A stretch of 44,300 nucleotides of DNA from Octopus bimaculoides (Eukaryota), in assembly GCF_001194135.2 (NCBI RefSeq), contig NC_068998.1, positions 27,770,343-27,814,642 on the forward strand. The letters run 5' to 3'. Position 1 is the first letter of the stretch, and the number at the start of each line of letters is the position of its first letter. Of the stretch, positions 1 through 12,010 are shown piece by piece. The position numbers were made by a program, and so were the translations under genes. The notes below the pieces were generated by a model. It searched no databases. It had not been told where the DNA came from and worked only from the letters and a program-made list of their open reading frames with translations.

Positions 1-918
1 TGCTTATTCATTGATTCATCTAAGTGAAGCCTCAAGGCAGTACTACTACACAATGGCAATAAGAAACCATCCATTTCCATAGGACATTCAGTGCACATGA
101 AGGTGTGTTATGAAAACATGCAAGTACTCCTCAATGCCATAAAGTATACAAACTACAGCTGGAAAATCTGTGGAGACTTGAAAGTGATTGGAATGTTGAT
201 GGGAATGCAATCTGGGTTCACGAAATATTGTTGCTTTTTATGCCTGTGGGACAGTCGTGCAACTAACAAGCACTATGTGCAATCAGAGTGGCCTTTGCGA
301 AAATCATATGAGCCGGGATTTTCTAGCGTCCAGTGCAAGCCACTTTTAAACCCAGAAAATGTTCTTCTTCCCCATCTTCACATAAAGCTTGGCCTCATGA
401 AACAATTCGTGAAGACACTTGCCCGGAAAAGCTCAAAAGGTTTTGAATATGTGAAGGCCAAATTTCCAAAAATCACCGAGGCAAAACTGAAGGAGGGTGT
501 ATTCATAGGTCCGCAGATAAAAGAACTCTTGAAGGACAACCACTTCCTCACAGCACTGGATGATATTGAGCTTAAAGCCTGGGAATCCTTCAAATGGCTC
601 TGTGAAAATTTTCTAGGCAACAAGAGATCTCTAGAGTTTAGAAATGGAGTGAAATGTCTTCTAGTCTCCTACGCTGCAATGGGCTGTCGGATGTCACTAA
701 AAGTCCAATTCCTTGATTCACATCTGGACTTTTTTGCAGAGAACCTTGGAGCAGTGTCTGATGAGCAAGGGGAACACTTTCATCAATATATTGCATTGAT
801 GGAACAACGATATCAAGGATTTGGGAATGCAGGAATGTTAGCTGACTACTGTTGGATGTTATACAGGGATGAACCTGAGACAAAACACCATAGAAAGTCC
901 AAATCCCAAAGATTTTAA
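1..918 (+). pseudogene. Chapaev3 transposase C-terminal catalytic region with an in-frame stop
   Basis: ORF 91-918 continues upstream in frame to base 1, broken only by TGA at 25-27 where the motif expects R (CGA>TGA). Confidence 0.75.
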
Positions 919-1196
919 GTTGTTATGCATTCGAGTGTATTCTAACTTATTTGTACACAATAATTTTAATATTGTACAATAAAAAGCCATGAAATTATCA
1001 TATCTTGTATTCATGATACTTTATACAGACATGCTTTACGTATCCTATAAGTTAAAACAGCAGGTATCATTAACATGAAAATGTGATCTGATAGAGGAAA
1101 TCGGACTTCAGATTCGTAATCAGCATCAAAAATTAACCCAGAAAAGTCAATCAGCAACTCTGATGATTAAAAAAAGTTCCATTTTGTTGACCAGTG
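1..1196 (+). mobile_element. Chapaev3 (CMC superfamily) DNA transposon, 3' part, running in from the window edge
   Basis: Frame 1 from base 1 reads CLFIDSSK*SLKAVLLHNGN..GDLKV..GFTKYCCFLCLWDSR..LHIKLGLMKQFVK..HLDFFAENLGAVSDEQGEHFHQ, motifs I recognise from Chapaev3 transposases. The element ends in TTTTGTTGACCAGTG at 1182-1196 (reverse complement CACTGGTCAACAAAA, a CACTG-type terminus). Confidence 0.8.
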
Positions 1197-1313
1197 TATT
1201 TATTGTTTTTAACGTATCAAGTCAATGAAACATACAATCTCGGGATAAATACTGCAGTAACTGGCCTATCTACAGTGTGCTTATATTAATTGCTCCAATT
1301 GCGTATACCAGAC

Positions 1314-1443
<130 letters not shown>

Positions 1444-1844
1444 NNNNNNNNNNNNNNNNNNNNNNNNNNNNNNNNNNNNNNNNNNNNNNNNNNNNNNNNN
1501 NNNNNNNNNNNNNNNNNNNNNNNNNNNNNNNNNNNNNNNNNNNNNNNNNNNNNNNNNNNNNNNNNNNNNNNNNNNNNNNNNNNNNNNNNNNNNNNNNNNN
1601 NNNNNNNNNNNNNNNNNNNNNNNNNNNNNNNNNNNNNNNNNNNNNNNNNNNNNNNNNNNNNNNNNNNNNNNNNNNNNNNNNNNNNNNNNNNNNNNNNNNN
1701 NNNNNNNNNNNNNNNNNNNNNNNNNNNNNNNNNNNNNNNNNNNNNNNNNNNNNNNNNNNNNNNNNNNNNNNNNNNNNNNNNNNNNNNNNNNNNNNNNNNN
1801 NNNNNNNNNNNNNNNNNNNNNNNNNNNNNNNNNNNNNNNNNNNN

Positions 1845-1954
1845 GAGAGAGATAGGGAGAGAGAGAGATAGGGAGAGAGAGAGATAGGGAGAGAGAGAGA
1901 TAGGGAGAGAGAGAGATAGGGAGAGAGAGAGATAGGGAGAGAGAGAGATAGGGA
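1845..1954. repeat. 16-bp-period GA-rich minisatellite (GAGAGAGAGATAGGGA)n
   Basis: GATAGGGA recurs at 1851, 1867, 1883, 1899, 1915, 1931 and 1947. Confidence 0.93.
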
Positions 1955-2793
1955 GTGCGCGCGTGTGTGTGTGCGGGCATCGCACAGCTTGCAGCAAGAA
2001 CGATATCCTTTATGAGATTCATGTGATTGCTTTCATAAATCCAAAACAGAAGAAAATTGCCACGTGTGATTGACAGCTATGTTACGATTTCTGACTAGGT
2101 GAACGACTCTCATATGTGACTATATTTTAACGCCATCTGGTAGTGCAAACAGTATATAGTGATGTGTAGTTGTAGTAACTTGTGTTGCCTATATTTGGTC
2201 ATACTCCATCGAACAAGAAGCGAAGCATGCTTGTCAGTAATATGAGACTTGCTTATATATTGATCTTGTAAAATACAAATAAATAAGTTTTAGGTTCGAT
2301 CCTTAATGGGAGACATCAGACACCAGATGTGGTTGCTTAAAAGTTGTTAAGTCATCAGGGTTACTGTTTGAATAGGAGTTAAGAGTCATTTTGAAGTTGA
2401 GTGAAGTGTGGGCGGTTGTTAGAGTGGAGTACGGTGTGATGCTGGAGTAGAGTAAAGTATGACGTTGGAGTGGATTAAGATATGATGACAGAGTTGTGTT
2501 GGGTGTGGCATTGAAATAATGTGTATTGCGTAATGAAAGGCACTGACTCTCAAAAGCTGTGTCTCACTGAGTATCTTGGTAAGCCGCATAAAGTCACTCA
2601 CAAACACAGTCCAGCCTCTGGCCCACACGCGTGTTGCCTCAACTCTACTTTTTCTACTATTTTTATACCTTGGCTTCTACATCGTGGGGCTGGCTGGTCT
2701 TGTGTCACTTCTACTCAATCACTCCTTACTCATTCGTGTCTCTCCCTCGTCACTCATATTGTATCTAGCCCCAACTAATACTAGCCTCTAGAC

Positions 2794-3027
2794 CAGTGGT
2801 TCTCAACCAGGGTCCACGTGACCCTTGGAGGTCAATATAAGAGTTTGTTGTTAAAATTTATGTGCATTAAATTGCTTATACACAGAATATTTTAACAGTT
2901 TTTAATACAATTCCAATAATATTTAATTATTAATATATAATAGGATATTTTTTTTATCATGGGGGTCCAAGTCGAGTAAAATAGGAATCAAAGGGGCCCT
3001 CAGGCAAAAAATGGTTGAGAACCACTG
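2794..3027. mobile_element. hAT (Charlie/Buster-type) MITE, 234 bp
   Basis: Perfect 15-bp TIRs CAGTGGTTCTCAACC / GGTTGAGAACCACTG. Perfect 8-bp TSD CTCTAGAC at 2786-2793 and 3028-3035, matching the Charlie nTCTAGAn target preference. Confidence 0.95.
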
Positions 3028-3817
3028 CTCTAGACCCAATCCTGCATCCCCAGAATTTCGTCCCCTTCCTTCAAATCTTGCTCTACATGTTTTTTTTTTC
3101 TATATTCCTACTGCGTTACAAGTAACTGAAATGGATTTCAGAATCTAGGGGTTAGCTAGATTTTTAAGTTGGTATGTAGGGGAATGCCGGCCTTTGCGTA
3201 CACTAAAACATCGATCTTACCTTTCTCGGAAAGCCTGAAAATGTTATGGACACAATTCCTTTCTTTAGACCAAACCAACGAAAAAAAGTTGTTTACTGTT
3301 TTATGTCCTTTGTAGTTTATTGTGATTTATTGTGGAGAGATTAGGGGCCTTGAGATGATTGGCTTTCTCTACATCAATGTTATTTCTTTTTCTAAGTCAA
3401 CTATCATACCTGTCACTGCACTAAATACGTGTCACTGCACTAAATTGTTTGTGCGTCGTTTTGCTTTGCTTACAGCTTCCATGTGTTTTGTAAATGTAAA
3501 GTTGTTGTATACCCTACCGACTGGGGTAGATGGAATAGCAATTGAAAACCGGAGAGTTCTTTTATTGTGCGTATGAGTGGCGTAGGAAAATGAGTAGTAA
3601 ATATGGTGACTTTATTTGTTAAAAGCTACAAGTGACGGATAAAATGATTCTAGCCAAATTAAAAGTTTCACAACAATTTCAAGTATAATATCATCTTTTC
3701 TGTCCTATTTTAGGCGTATACACAACACAGTTAAAAACAATATCAATGGCCGTGTCTACTAATATTAAAGTGACTATTTTTGGACTTTGTCACTTGAAAA
3801 GTCTCTTAATATTAACT

Positions 3818-3980
3818 AAGGCGGTGAGCTGGCAGAATCGTTAGCACGTCGGGCAAAATGCTTAGCGTCATTTCGTCCGTCTTTACATTCTGAGTTCAAA
3901 TTCCGCCGAAGTCGACTTTGTTTTTCATCCTTTCGGGATCGATAAAATGAGTACCATTTGAACACAGCGGTCGATGTAAT
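3818..3980 (+). mobile_element. tRNA-derived SINE (MetaSINE-type, octopus OR-like), 3'-truncated
   Basis: Head AAGGCGGTGAGCTGGCAGAATCGTTAGCAC, B-box-like GAGTTCAAATTCC, core TTTCATCCTTTCGGG.TCGATAAAATGAGTACC. Similar copies occur at 22866, 27883, 35752 and 37983. Confidence 0.85.
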
Positions 3981-4330
3981 GAACACAAACGGGTCATCTA
4001 TGTGAATCTAAAAATGGTCAACTATTTACTTGACCAACAAGGAAGGTATACAAAATATCCGTGTTTCCTGTGTTTATGGGATAACCGAGCGAGAGACAAA
4101 CATTGGGAACAGAAGCTCGGGCCAGTTAGGAAAAGTTTGACTGTTGGGAAGAAGAATATCATATACCAGCCATTTGTTGAGCGAGAGAAAATTATTTTCC
4201 CACCCCTTCATATTTAACTAGGACTAATGAAGCAATTTGTCAAAACTCTTAATGTGAAGGGTAGCAGTTTCAAATTCATATGTAGAACATTTCCGGGTAT
4301 AAGCTATGATAATATGACGGCTGGTGTTCA
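3981..4330 (+). pseudogene. Second, divergent Chapaev3 transposase fragment
   Basis: EHKRVIYVNLKMVNYLLDQQGRYTKYPCFLCLWDNRAR..PPLHI*LGLMKQFVKTL aligns with the copy at 91-918. Confidence 0.8.
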
Positions 4331-4974
4331 GGCAAAATCGAGAGAGTCAGCTAATGTGCAACACAAACAATTGATCACTATAAACAAATAATTTGGGCGA
4401 CTCTTTCGGCAAAAGTTGAACATTCATTACGTCGTCTTCGACGGAAAGTCCATCATTGATAAATTCACTGGTTATCGACAGTGATTCTTTTGGTATTGCT
4501 ATTATTAATGCTGCTGACTTAAGCTCACTCTAAGCAACTACTTGGAATTCTTTGGTTGTTGGTGTTGTTATTTAGCCCTAGGTCAGTCCTGATCGATACC
4601 ACTTATAATGATCATCTCGTTTTCTTTTCTTTTTCTTGATACCTAGTGTAAGTATCCCAGTCTGTATAATCTATTGGGTCCTTCCTTTTATAAAGACTTC
4701 TAAAGTGTGAATGGTGAGACATTTGGTCGACCATCGACCACGTAGAGTCTCCCTTACAAGTCGGATGTTTGGTTGGCTGATGGTGCATTTTTGTTTTTGC
4801 TTTTTTTTTTGCTGGTTTTACTGTTGTTAATAATGTTGTTTATTACTGTTGTACTGTAAGTGATAGTGTTGATATGGATATTGTTACATTTAAATATCGG
4901 TGATGATTATAATTATCACGGCTTCACTCTTACATCAATAGCAGCTACTGAGGTAAAAGTGCACTTCATGTTGT

Positions 4975-4980
4975 TGCAGC

Positions 4981-5062
<82 letters not shown>

Positions 5063-5085
5063 GCTGTTGTTGTTGCTGTTGTTCT
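4975..5085. repeat. (GTT)n microsatellite
   Basis: Read directly; source of the poly-Leu ORF at 4860. Confidence 0.97.
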
Positions 5086-5252
5086 GTGTACCGAAGTTTC
5101 ATCTCTCAACTTCACATGAAAGAAACACATTAAACATTACTAACCTCAACTCAGTGGCCATATTAACAATAGTCCATTCATTAACACTTTTGAAAGGTTT
5201 TCAGTTTATTGCTTGCTTAATGATTTTTCTCCTCCTCCTCCTCCTCCTCCTC

Positions 5253-5606
5253 CAATACCAACAGTTGACAATGTTTCTCTAAAAGAAACGGAGAAGCTTT
5301 CAAAATACAAAGACCTGGAAATAGAGGTAACTTGCATGTGGAGCCTAAAAACAGAAACAATTCCTATCATAATAGGTGCCTTAGGTATAATAAAAAAATA
5401 TTCAGACAAATACATAACAAAAACACCAGGACTAACAAGTATATATAAAATACAGAAAATAGCACTACTAGGCACCACACACATCCTACGTAAAACACTT
5501 TGAATGCAGTGAAAATAAGACCACCACAACAAATCACAGCACATATCCAAGGCACACAGAGCTGTGCTTGGTAGTGCATTCAAAGTTCGTGATAAAAATA
5601 AGACTA

Positions 5607-5680
<74 letters not shown>

Positions 5681-5695
5681 CAATAATAATAATAA
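5253..5695 (+). mobile_element. 3' end of a Dong/R4-clade non-LTR retrotransposon (restriction-like endonuclease tail, 3' UTR, (AAT)n tail)
   Basis: IPTVDNVSLKETEKLSKYKDLEIEVTCMWSLKTETIPIIIGALG is the RLE C-terminal motif. Stop at 5503, about 105 nt of UTR, then (AAT)n from 5611. Confidence 0.8.
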
Positions 5696-6083
5696 ATGCC
5701 CGACTACAGTACCAGGCAGTGGCTCTCATGGCTTCTGATCTTAACTGATTGGAAGTGTTATCATGTACATTGTTTTGTCTTGGTATAAAAGATGGGATAC
5801 AGCAAATATTCTGCTCAATACCACAGATTTGCTTGTCAGTTGTTTGACCTTAACCAGTTGAGCATGTCCCTAGGTGGCTGACGATATGTGCATCTCTGAT
5901 CATGAGCAGAAGTAGTGGGGAAGAGCAGAAGTACTGGGGGAGAGCAGAAGTAGTGTCGTGCACATATGGTTGTGATGCATGTGCCTGGTGTACCCTTATC
6001 AGACGGGTAGTCATGATGGGTATAATGGGCTTCGTATATTTTACCCCGGTGTCACTTTGATGGCATGCACTGCTCTCTCACTC

Positions 6084-6150
<67 letters not shown>
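5696..6150 (+). mobile_element. Probable non-autonomous retroposon or LINE 3' UTR ending in (AAT)n
   Basis: About 390 bp of non-coding sequence between two (AAT)n tracts. It resembles a high-copy octopus repeat from memory only; no second copy in this window. Confidence 0.4.
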
Positions 6151-6154
<4 letters not shown>

Positions 6155-6322
6155 TAATAGTGATGATGGTGATGATTATGATCATGATGATAATAATAGT
6201 AATAATAAAATAGCGCCAGCCTTGACAGCGGCTGGACGTGTTCTGCGCTGCTCTGACCATTCAGTAGCCGAACACACAGAAACACTAATATAACCCAGCA
6301 GGACAACGGTAAAACAACTCTC

Positions 6323-6835
6323 AAAGACTGAAATATCTACAATTTCCTGTAAGTATTTTAAATCTCCCTCAAAATATGTTAGGAAACTTATATATTTACA
6401 GTTTTCGAACACACAAACGATCAGCTTAAAAAAAAAAGACTTTAATATCTACAACTTCTGTGAATACCTATCCTTTCCTTTCTCCCTGAGTATTCGAAAA
6501 TGTAAACATCCTTTTTATTTTAAGAACATTACAATTGTTCTCTGTGCGGACATACAAAAGACCATATTTAGTAAATCTTAAAACTTTACTATCTACAACT
6601 TTCTGTGAAAATGTTACCTTCCTTTTCTTTTCTTTTCTCTCTCCCTGAGTATTCGGAAATGTAAACATCCTTTTCATTCCAAAAATACTACTGTATTCTC
6701 CAACTGGACAGACAAACGAACATTTCAAGAAAACTTAAAAACTTTAATATACTAAATTTTGTGTGAAACTTATCTTTCTATTCTCCCTGACTATCCAAAT
6801 ATGTAAACATACCTTTTATTGCAACAACACAATTG
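6323..6835. repeat. Degenerate tandem repeat, about four units of 120-160 bp
   Basis: Core TCTCCCTGAGTATTCG.AAATGTAAACATCCTTTT at 6481, 6640 and 6782, partial at 6363. Each is preceded by AAA.ACTTTAATATCTACAA-like sequence. Confidence 0.8.
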
Positions 6836-7711
6836 AATTCAGAAATTCAAAAATTCTTCGACGTGAATATCAGTATATATATATAGTTGTTTTTTTTTTC
6901 TACCAGTAATTACAAATAGAACATGGTGAATTGCTTCTCTTCAAGGCCAAGGTCAACACTCTCAGTGGTCTCTGGTAGTAGTGAACACATTTGATCTCTG
7001 CTGACCCAAAGATTCTTTTGTCTTCTATTGCTGACCTCCTCACCACCTGCCGAATCTCTTTATAGGCCTGTAGAATTTGATCTATTCACCAAGCTGCTAC
7101 TCTTCCCCCAACTATTTCTTTCAACAACCACATATTTATGATTATCTCAAGTACAAGACAAAAGTTGAAAATAATGAACATTCAATGAAAACCTTTTAAT
7201 AATAAATGAAAATAGTAATAATGATAATAACAATAGTAGTGGTGGTGATGGTGATAATGATAAAAATAAAAATTAAAATAATATGCTGCAGCTGCTAATA
7301 CTACAACTACTACTATTATGATAGCACAGGAATCTGAGGCCCAACTACAACTGATACCACTGCCCCCACCCCTACTATTGTTGCTGTTGCTGCCACCACT
7401 GCTGCCACTACACATACACACAACAATAAAGGCAGTAATTGACAACGGCGATAGACGACTGAAGAAGAGCCTGTCCACCGAAGAAGATTACAAGTGAGCA
7501 ATGTAGTTGCACCTCTTTTAAATTACAACTAACATCGCTGAGGAAGGCCAGATCAAATAGTGTAATTTTCTATGCGGCTGTCCATGGGACCAGCGCTGGA
7601 AATTGGTGCCATCCTTGCCCTGCATAGGCCTGTGTAACCTTTGAGTCTGTTAATATAACAATGACAAATAGTAAAAAAATAAAAACAATAATATCAGTGA
7701 TATCAGTGACG

Positions 7712-7772
<61 letters not shown>
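7712..7772. repeat. (AAT)n tract directly 5' of the Dong/R4 element
   Basis: Read directly. Confidence 0.95.
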
Positions 7773-7775
<3 letters not shown>

Positions 7776-10467
7776 AAGGAAGCGGGTGGAGCCCCCCCAT
7801 GTCCTGATTAATGATACATCTAGTGATGGTGTCTCAATAAAAACACTGGTAATTGCGCAACCTGATAATCGCTACCTCATATGAGTGACAATGAAAAAAC
7901 AAAATATTGTGAATAACGGTGGTAATGAAACTGAAGCCAATGATGGTGACAGTGTTGCGCCCGGTAGGTTCAGAGAGTCTGGTCCGGCTTCAGCCTGTCG
8001 ATATCCAGAAAGGGACCACCACACACGGCGTAGATGGAGCAAACAAATTAATGCTGTGGTCATGGAGTGTTACTATCTGAGCAACCCTGTAGATGAAAAC
8101 GGTGCTAAAATTAGGGGTTACCGACAACAAATGTATGATCACTGGAGGGAAAAGGGATTGTTTCAACTCACAGAAGAGAGACTATGTGATCAAGCTAGAG
8201 TAATAAGAAGAAATTGTTGGTTCACAGAAGTAGAGCTCGAAGCTATCAACAGACTGGTCTTGGAAAATAGCAGCAGAGATAACGATCAAAATACAGTTCT
8301 TACTAATAAAAGTAATCTCATAGCACAGGAAAGGAGCAGTGATAGCTTACTTGATGAGAGACATATGGATGATCTAAAAGAAGACGATAAAACTAATAGT
8401 GACATGACAGTTGAACAAAAGGCAATCTACGACAGAACAAAGGCAAGACTCCAGGAGAACGATAGCGACATTATTTGCAACCTTAAAAAGGTTGATCGGT
8501 GGAAATTGAACCAAGAAACGAAAAATGTCAATGAAATTCTGAAATACATCAGAACAAACAACATCACAGAAACAAATAATTTGATCAAGGCAAGAAGTAT
8601 TGTTGTAGCAGAAAATGTGGGTGTCGATGTCAAGAAAAAGAAACATAATGGGAGTAACAAAAGAAAATATCCATGGTGGAAAAGAAGAATACAGGCAGGA
8701 CATTTCTGTGTTAGACCAAAAAGAGAAAGGGGTGCTTAAAAACGAACAAAAATACAAGGCGCTGAAAAGAAAGGGCCTGAAAGTGGTAATGGAGGAACTG
8801 AAACAGCGCCTCGTTGCAAAAAAAGCAAAGATGGTAAGATGCGACCAAAGAATGAAGGTTACCACCAGAATAGGTTATTCAGAGTAGATCAAAAGAGATT
8901 CTATAAAAAAATAAATGGAGAGTGTAGAGATGAAAAGTTGATACCAGATAACAATGAAAGTCAAGGGTTTTTCAGTGACATTTGGAGCAAAGACAAAGAA
9001 CACAAGAAGGATGTTGAATGGTTGCAAGAACTGAAACAAACAGTAGTCTGTCCAAAACAGGCAGAACTAGTCATTTCAGTTAGGGAAGTAAAGGAAATCA
9101 GTAAAAAGATGAGCAACTGTAAGGCCCCGGGATCAGATGGAGTTCAAGGCTACTGGATCAAAAGATTTTGTGAATGTCATGCACGAATAGCTTCGCAGCT
9201 CAACACCTTGTTAAATGCCGACCAAGTAACACCAGTGTGGTTGACATTGGATAGGATAGTGCTGTGCTTGAAAAACATAGGAAAAGGCAATACCGTAGAC
9301 AGTTACAAGCCGATATCCTGTTTGTCACTTATGTGGAAATTATTGACTGGAATAGTTGCAGAGTCAATGTACGAACATCTAGGGGAAAATGGATTCCTGC
9401 CACATGAGCAGAAGGGTTGCAAGCGTAAGTGCAGAGGTACCAAGGATCAACTCCTGATAGACAAAACTGTATTTAGAGACTGCAAGAGGAGGAAAAGTAA
9501 CTTACCCATGTCATGGATCGACTATCCTGAGGCGTGCGATATGATCCCACATTCTTGGATTATGAAGTGTATGAATCTGTTTGGGAGTGCATCGAATGTT
9601 GAACGATTGCTTGGAAAAAGTATGGCGAATTGGAGGACGGACCTGACAGCATACGGAAGAAGTTTAGGGACAGTAGAAATTAGGAGGGGCATCTTCTAAG
9701 GGGACTGCCTGTCCCCACTGATCTTTGTACTGTGCTTGATACCACTGACACTGATTCTGAGGAAAGCAAAAGCTGAGTATGTATTCAAAAGCCGGCAACA
9801 AAAAGTCAGCCATTTGTTATTCATGGATACCCTCAAACTTTATAGTAAAGATGAAGCCCAAGTCAGTTCCCTCGTTGATACGGTGTATACTTTCAGTGCT
9901 GGTATCAGAAGGGAGTTCGGACTGAGAAAGTGTGGTGTGTTAGTCTTGAAGAGAGGAAAAGTCAAATGTATGGACGGGCTAACGATACCGTTGGGGGAGG
10001 TTATGATGCAGATAGAAGAGACGGGCTATAAGTACTTGGGGATTTTGGAAATGAATAAATTGATGGAGAAAGAAATGACAGAAAAATTTAAAGTGGAGTA
10101 CTTGAGCAGACTGAGACTGATCCTTAAGTCGAAATTAAACGGATGGAATAAGATTGAAGCTATCAACACCTGGGCGGTTTCACTCCTTAGATGTGGAGCA
10201 GGGGTAATCGCATGGACAGTAGACGAACTAAACAGCTTAAACAGAAAGACAAGGAAGTTGCTAACTAGATATGGGACACTTCACCCAAAAAGTGACTCAG
10301 ACAGACTGTAAGTACCAAGAAAACGAGGGGGGAAGAGGACTTATTGGATGCGAACACAGCATTAGAGCAGAAGAAAACAACATAGCGTGGTATGTAAAAA
10401 AAAATGCCACTGAACCGTTATTATTAGAAGTAGAAAGGTCAGGTTTGCGTAGGATGAAAGATTGCAA
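7773..10467 (+). mobile_element. Dong/R4-clade LINE, 5'-intact and 3'-truncated, with a degenerate ORF (N-terminal domain plus RT)
   Basis: N-terminal RRRWSKQIN..MECYY..GYRQQM..W..EERLCDQAR. RT motifs KAPGSDGVQGYWIK, QKGC..GTKDQLLIDK, GIF*GDCLSPL, HLLFMDTLKLY, then EGGRGL. Frameshifts near 8700, 8850 and 10310; stop at 9697-9699. Confidence 0.9.
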
Positions 10468-12010
10468 AGAGGTGGAGGTTGTCGTGGATGGATCTTTTCG
10501 GGATGACACATGTCTGTGCCTCCCCAACGATAAGCGCCAACCTCGTAGCTAACACTTTGGCCACAATTTTGAACTCTGCATGCAGAGTTATGGGCCTAAA
10601 GTTGTCAATACAATCCCCTTTGTTCGGATCTTTTCTCAGCAACGCTACCGCTCCTCGGTTCACAAAACTGGGAATTCTCCCATTCCGTTGCCAGTTGCAG
10701 TAAACGTTTGCTAAGAGGTCGCCGAGCAAGTTTGGCATATAAGCGTAAAGCTCGTAGGGCAGACCGTCCAAACCAAGCGATTTACCCTTCGTGCAGCTAG
10801 CCATTGCTTCCAGTATTTCAAAGGCTGTTATCAGCCTTTCGCACCGCTCGGCGTCCGTTGCCGAGAGCCGCGGCAGCTCGTCGAGGTAGGACGTGAAGTC
10901 CATCCTACGATCCTGCTCACCGCTGCTCCCAAACAGTTGAGCGAAGCGTCGCTGAAAGGCCGCACACATCTGTTTCGGATCAGTTATCATTTGCCCGTCG
11001 TGGTCCGGCAAGGATCGGATCGTGGATTTTTTTCCACGTCGTGCCTCTACCACTCAGGCCCATTGAACAGCTTCCATCCCTTCGTGTCTAAATGCTCGTG
11101 CCTTAGCTCTGACAACGCAACCTTAATGTTTCGCGTTGAAGAATTGGTCGAGTGCCAATCTTGCTGCGAGTACGTCAGTCGCAGTGATTTTTATAAAAGC
11201 CGCGTCTAACGTCTTGATTAGCTCTGCCTCGACTCCGTTTCTTTCTACTGCTAGTCCTTTGCTAAACCTTATCGATTCTATTCTAATCGCCCTTTTCAGA
11301 GTGAACCACCATTTATTGTTGATTATTGCTCCCTCTTAATTAGTTCACAAATCCGGTCCCTGAAATCTTTATGCGTCGGTAACGACGTGTTAGGCTTCCA
11401 GTAACCGGGTCCCTGTCCATGAAGCCTGTCTAAGTCTACTGTACAGATCACGAACATGTGGTCGGTGTAGTCGACTACTTTAAACTGTGGACAACCTATG
11501 CTATCCTTATCTGCTACTTTACAGAATACCCTGTCTAGATACGATCTGGATGACCTGATGCAGTTTGACCAGGTCCACACTGGCACATCTGGGAAATCTC
11601 AGACAGTTGGAATCGTCTGAACAGGTTTGTGAGGCTTTTGCATCTTTCTCTCCTATCTGCTAAACCCACACAGTCCCACCTTACATCTCGAACTCCATTG
11701 CAGTCCCCCACTAACACTAAAGAGCGGGACATTCCCAAGAAAGTTCTCAGACGTCGGAAGAAATTTGGTCGTCCTGCCCCTGTCAGGACATAAACGGCAA
11801 CTAGCCTGAGAGTATGTCCTTCGCTGCCCGTCACATTCAGGACTATTGATCCAGGAAGATCGTCTGTATTGTAAGATCCAGATTTTTCCGAACCATCACG
11901 GCGAGTTCGCCTCCCGTTCCCGGACGACTTGGAGATGCGTACATCTCAAAGTCATTGAAATTGGGTTGGAAGTCTCGTGAGTCGGAAATTGAGGTTAATT
12001 ATCATCAATG
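10468..12010 (-). mobile_element. Tx1/L1-clade LINE ORF2 fragment (APE endonuclease, linker, start of RT), degenerate
   Basis: Minus strand RLVAVY..LVLVGDCN, SYLDR, YTDH, GPGYWKPNTSL, NNKWWFTLK, GKSLGLDGLPYELY, DNFRPITL, AQTCVIPKRSIHDNLHL, spread over several frames. GC is higher than in the flanks. Confidence 0.9.

Noticed and set aside
755-790. CTGATGAG hammerhead-ribozyme core
   Set aside because: It is the coding sequence for transposase SDEQ, and I found no matching GAAA or stems.
2080-2325. Possible solo LTR (TGTTACG start, AATAAA, CA ends)
   Set aside because: No 4-6-bp TSD matches any candidate end, and there is no second copy or internal sequence.
3818-3900. tRNA gene reading of the SINE heads
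   Set aside because: A/B-box-like motifs are present but there is no cloverleaf, and the sequence continues into SINE core.
6323-6835. CRISPR-like repeat-spacer reading of the tandem array
   Set aside because: The units are degenerate, the spacers are homologous to each other, there are no cas genes, and the DNA is eukaryotic.
7773-7885. HDV-like ribozyme in the R4 5' UTR
   Set aside because: I could not find the required P1/P2/P3 pairings by eye; an RNArobo or Infernal scan would settle it.
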